Position numbers and translations under genes: made by a program
Part shown: positions 59,850 to 64,000 of the stretch, one piece after another
How the letters are laid out: every line of letters begins with the position of its first letter
Numbering within the stretch: position 1 is the stretch's first letter
Source of the DNA: Antechinus flavipes
Taxonomy: Eukaryota
Reading direction: 5' to 3'
Assembly (NCBI RefSeq): GCF_016432865.1
Contig: NC_067400.1
Location: forward strand, 335,110,001 to 335,174,000
Length of the DNA: 64,000 nucleotides
The notes under the pieces: generated by a model
What the model was told of the DNA's origin: nothing
Database searches by the model: none
The model's input: only the letters and a program-made list of their open reading frames with translations

Positions 59850-60420
59850 CAATTCAATTCAACAAACATCTATTTATCATCTATTATGTACCAAGCACAT
59901 TTTCTAGGCATTTGGGACAAAAAAAACACAAGAAGCAAATCTCTGTCCTTAAAGATTTTTCATTCTGCTGGAAAGAAACTGTAGACTCAAATCAGTGAAT
60001 TTTACACATACACCCCCATGCATATCTCAACACATATATAATATATATAATATATATACATAGATAACATAGATACATACATATATATGAGCCTATGTAG
60101 ATATATATATGCATATAGTTACATATGTAATTGTATAAACATGTACCTTTACATACTTATACACATAATGGACATGTATATAAGTCTACATAAACACACA
60201 CACACAATATACACATACATGCATGTACATACACATAGAAAAATATGTATAGACACTTATATAGGGGGTTTGATAGGGAATACTTTAAAACCAGTTTGTT
60301 AAGATAGGTTAAAGCCAAATTTTGAAGACTTCATATGTCACAAAAGTTTGTGTTTTATTCTAGAGGAAATATAGAGAGTACTGAAGCTTTTTGATCAGGG
60401 AACTGAAATTGTCAGACCTG
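59850..60420 (-). mobile_element. L2 tail fragments flanking a (TA/CA) tract (60000-60260)
   Basis: 'ttcaattcaacaaacatctattt..ctattatgtaccaagcac' and 'gaagcttttgatcagggaactga..gtcagacctgt'. Confidence 0.65.
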
Positions 60421-60514
60421 TCCCCATTATCACACAGCTGGTTAGTTACACAGTCAGCATTAGAATTCACATTTCTTGATTAATAGTCCATTCTTTTTTG
60501 CCTTTACCTGTACC

Positions 60515-60700
60515 TAAGTTATAGGAGCACATCATCTGAGTCAGAAGAGACCTTCCCACCTAGTCTAAGCTATACCTCAACAAGTATCCCCTTTCAGCAT
60601 CCTGCATTAGTAGTTATCCAGCCTTCATAAAAGACGTCCAATATGGGAAATTTCCTATTTTAACCTGAGGCAACCCTTTTTACTTTTGTATGGCTCCAAT
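60515..60700 (-). mobile_element. CR1/L3 3' fragment
   Basis: 'tatccagccttcataaaagacgtccaatatggg..ctgaggcaacc..ctccaatt' resembles the reverse L3 3' end. Confidence 0.55.
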
Positions 60701-63134
60701 TACGGTTTACTCCAAGGGATTGCTATGGGGAAGACAGAGTACACAAGAAATGCACTGCACCTTTGAAACACAACTCTTAAATCCATGGGATTAAAGGTCG
60801 GCAAGATAAGGTATGAAGCCAAAAAAACATGTTTCCCATTTGAATGAAATGTCAGAGTCCATGTCCACTCATAGGAGACAGACGTAGGACATTCCCACAA
60901 ACAGAAAAATTCAAGAATCTTCTGTTTAGACATCTTCAAGCATAAATGACAAGGGTGAGAAGTTCAAACTTCTGGGCTCCAAACATGGAGGCTTCTGAGA
61001 TTCCTAAATTGATATTAGTATAGTCTCCAAGGCACAGATTAAATTATCCTGGATGCCTTCACACTCCTTCTTTCTCCTGGGGAGCTGTTTAAGGGATTTT
61101 TTTGAGTGGCTGCAGCTCCATGGATTCTTTCAGATTTCCCACCCCTTCAAAAAAGCAACTCTTAATTTGGGAGTACAGAGAGGAAATTCTTTTCAGTTCA
61201 GATGGTAGGAACTCAGTGTCTCAGAGACTCTCCTTTGGGAGAGGAGCAAGAGAGGATTAAGGAGAAGAATGAAAGCTATCTAGTCAAGAGCCTGGGAATA
61301 AACAAAGATACATCAGACTTTGGGACTGCTCAGGAAGCCTGCCTACTCTCCTGCAGAGAACACCAGAAATTGGAAATCTGAGCTTATTCAATTTGTTTGA
61401 GAAATTGCTAATTAATAGAGGGCATACCAAAAGACTCTGTGCATTTAAACTATTAAAGCTTAAAGCTGCACTTACTTGGAATAACCTGTATAATAGCTGT
61501 TCATATTTATATAAAAAAGATAGCCTCATAGCAATTTAATGTTTATAAGACGCTTTCCCCAAACAACCCAATGAAGTCAGCAAAATAAGGATTATTGTCC
61601 CCATTTTACAAACAGGAAAACTGAGACTTTATGAAGTTCAGTGACCTATGTGAACTAACATCTGGGAAAATTAGCAACTCTAATAGAGAGCGCCTGTTTT
61701 CCCGCTGCACCATGCTGCCTCTAATTTGAGACTGACCTTATGCATTGCACAGGTTAATAGGGAAAAAAGCTTTCCTAGCTTGCCTTTGACAAGAATCATT
61801 GCTCACAGTACCGCATTATAACCTCTCATGTGGCTGTAATTCGGAAATTCAGACACAATTTTAAAAATATATCGCAGCAGTTATAGGTTCAACAAACTAT
61901 GTCAGCACATCTCACTTTGTGGTTAAATAATTTGGTTAAAAGAAAGGAGCTCTCTTCCCTTCCTGCTATGAGAGATGAGAACTAAAAATTATAGGGTTTG
62001 GCTGATGGGGTGGTTCCATGATCTGTAACCACAGATTGTGCTTATTAAGGAGCTCAGAGAACAATACATTGTGTGGGGGGTTGTTTACATACCGTCCTCA
62101 TGGTGGGTTGGAATTCATTCATCCATCAGAAGAAAAAAACTACAAAAGAAGTTGGACCAGGAATTAGGAAATCTGCGTGCCAGTCACAGCTCTGACTCAT
62201 TTGCTTTATGTGGCCTTGGACACTTCACTTCAGTATCCTGAAATGGGATGAATGTAATTTACAGAGGGTAGTTGTGAGATCAAACTAGATAATGAATGTT
62301 ATGTTCTTTGTAAGTTAGAAATTGCTATATAAATGCCATCCACCAAGAGCATTAGGTAAGTTGGATGAAAAATAAATTTTAAGGCAATGTGGTATAGTGG
62401 AAGATGTATTGATTTGTAATCTACAGTAATGGGTTCAAATCCCAATCTGCTACTTATGACCCAGCCTCTGTTTCATTCATTATATGTGCTAACTGATCTC
62501 TTAGATTCCTTCCAGTTATAAAATAGAACCTGTGGTCTACAATATACAAAGCACTAGCTAGATGTTATGGGGAATATACAGAAGCATGAGACAGTTGATG
62601 TCTTGGAAGAGTGTGTGATTAATAAGAAAAGACATGATTGAAAAAGTGTTTATGATATCTCTTATTTGTGAAACACTGGGCTAAGCCTTAGGAATGCAAG
62701 TTCAAAAGTACAGACAGTCTCAGCCCTCAAAGTTGCATTCTGATTGATCTGGAAAGTCCCAGGGTTGATGACTGGAGTGATAGTTGAATAGATTGGCACA
62801 GCCCATCCAGGAACAATGGTACAGTTCATTTGATCACAAAGTTACAGAACTGGAAAGGAAGGGTAGAAGGGTACTCCACTGCCTACAGACAATTAGTTGT
62901 GAAAGAAATAGCTGGAGTGGAGAGTGAAGAGAAGTCTTGCAATTGAGGTAATAATTCTTGGAACAGGATTTTAGAGTGGAAGTTCCTCCAGGGTAGAGAA
63001 ATAAGAATGTGAGAGAGATAGCCGGACAGTGAAGAATGAAGTCATAAACATCATTGCACACTCACATGAGCATATTAAGAATAAGTTTAATAATAATTTA
63101 TGAAAAGATGGAAGAGCTATCAGCAGATTTTATT

Positions 63135-63290
63135 GCTGTTGCTACAGTTTTGCCCAGCTTTTCATATTTGGAGTTTTCTTGACAAAGATATTGGAATGGT
63201 TTGCCATTTCCTTCCTCATCTCATTTTACAAATGAGGAAACTGAGGCAAAAGGGTTAAATGGCTTTTCCAGCGTCACACCTTAATTTCCA
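63135..63290 (-). mobile_element. MAR1 fragment
   Basis: 'ttttcttgacaaagatattggaatggtttgccatttccttcctc..cattttacaaatgaggaaactgaggca'. Confidence 0.8.
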
Positions 63291-64000
63291 AATTAATTTT
63301 TCAAACCATACTTGCTATAGAATAATTTAACTTTTCTATGCCCTGGAGTTCTAATATATCAGAGAGGAATATTAATATATACCCCAGCTGCTCGTGTGTT
63401 CTGTAATGGGGTCATGATATTGTGTATGTAGACCTAGAAGGGATGTTAGACTATCTAAACCAACCCCTTCATTTTGTGCACAAGGAACTGAAAGTCCCAA
63501 GACATGTTAAATGAATTGCTATGGTCACATCATTAATTAAGTGCCATAGCTGGAATTTGAATCTAGGTCCTTGATTTTAAATCCCATGCGAAGCTCAACA
63601 GAGATACTGGTTATGAAAGCTACTCAAGAAGTGGAAAGGTCTATACAAATGTAAGGAATGAAGAACCAAGAGATATGTTCATCAGAATGACTTAATTCAA
63701 ACATATGGGGTAGAGGGATTACAGAAGACTCAATCAATAATTTTTAATTATAGTGAAAATAATAACTCTGTTGTCAGATTGAATGCCATGCCTGAAGTAT
63801 AGACCTAAGATGCCCGAGTTGGAAGGAATGTGAGATAGTATCTAGTTTAATCCTTTATTTGGCATATGAGGAAGCTAAGAATTTTTGATTGGTTATCAGG
63901 TTCATGAACATTTGCCACTATCTCTAGATAAAAATATTCTCTACTAGTCTCCAAGCAACCAGAAACCAAGTCTTCTGATTTTTGAAAAGGTCTTGTTGTT

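Noticed and set aside
1-64000. Most ORF-track entries (60-127 aa) as host genes
   Set aside because: They have low-complexity F/L/I/S-rich composition, overlap SINE/LINE or microsatellite DNA, and show no recognisable domains. Their number and length fit chance in AT-rich DNA.
1-64000. CRISPR arrays, operons, tRNA/rRNA genes
   Set aside because: No regularly spaced repeat-spacer units. All 'ggttcaaatcc' B-box matches lie in tRNA-derived SINE heads and do not form cloverleafs.

Overview
This is AT-rich, strongly CpG-depleted mammalian non-coding DNA, not prokaryotic sequence. The repeat content points to a marsupial, most likely a dasyurid (devil/dunnart/antechinus group). It includes MAR1- and WSINE1-type CORE-SINEs, Mar3-like and RTE-tailed SINEs, and young L1 fragments of the Tasmanian-devil type, on top of old L2, CR1/L3, MIR and hAT/Tc1 MITEs. 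The taxon and family names come from recalled consensus sequences, not from a search. I cannot support any host protein-coding exon, RNA gene or CRISPR array. The only ORFs with recognisable homology are retroelement remnants (L1 ORF1/ORF2, L2 RT), so the window is probably a large intron or gene desert with several enhancer-like unique stretches. I found no new multi-gene system; the unusual signal is in how DNA was inserted. (1) A tail-less, internal L1 fragment (inter-ORF region plus ORF2 start) sits between perfect 15-bp TSDs in the orientation opposite to standard TPRT (44910-45487). (2) An L1 3' end carries about 100 nt of non-L1 DNA plus a second poly(A), a 3' transduction (7036-7380). 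(3) Three 70-130 bp segments have been copied from 0.8-2 kb away into the middle of unrelated SINEs, and there is a perfect 29-bp inverted pair, suggesting repeated local templated repair. (4) A TSD-bounded L1 retains both ends but lacks its RT domain (45906-49781). Old-repeat boundaries are approximate (plus or minus 20-50 bp), and many degraded MIR/L2 scraps are not listed.
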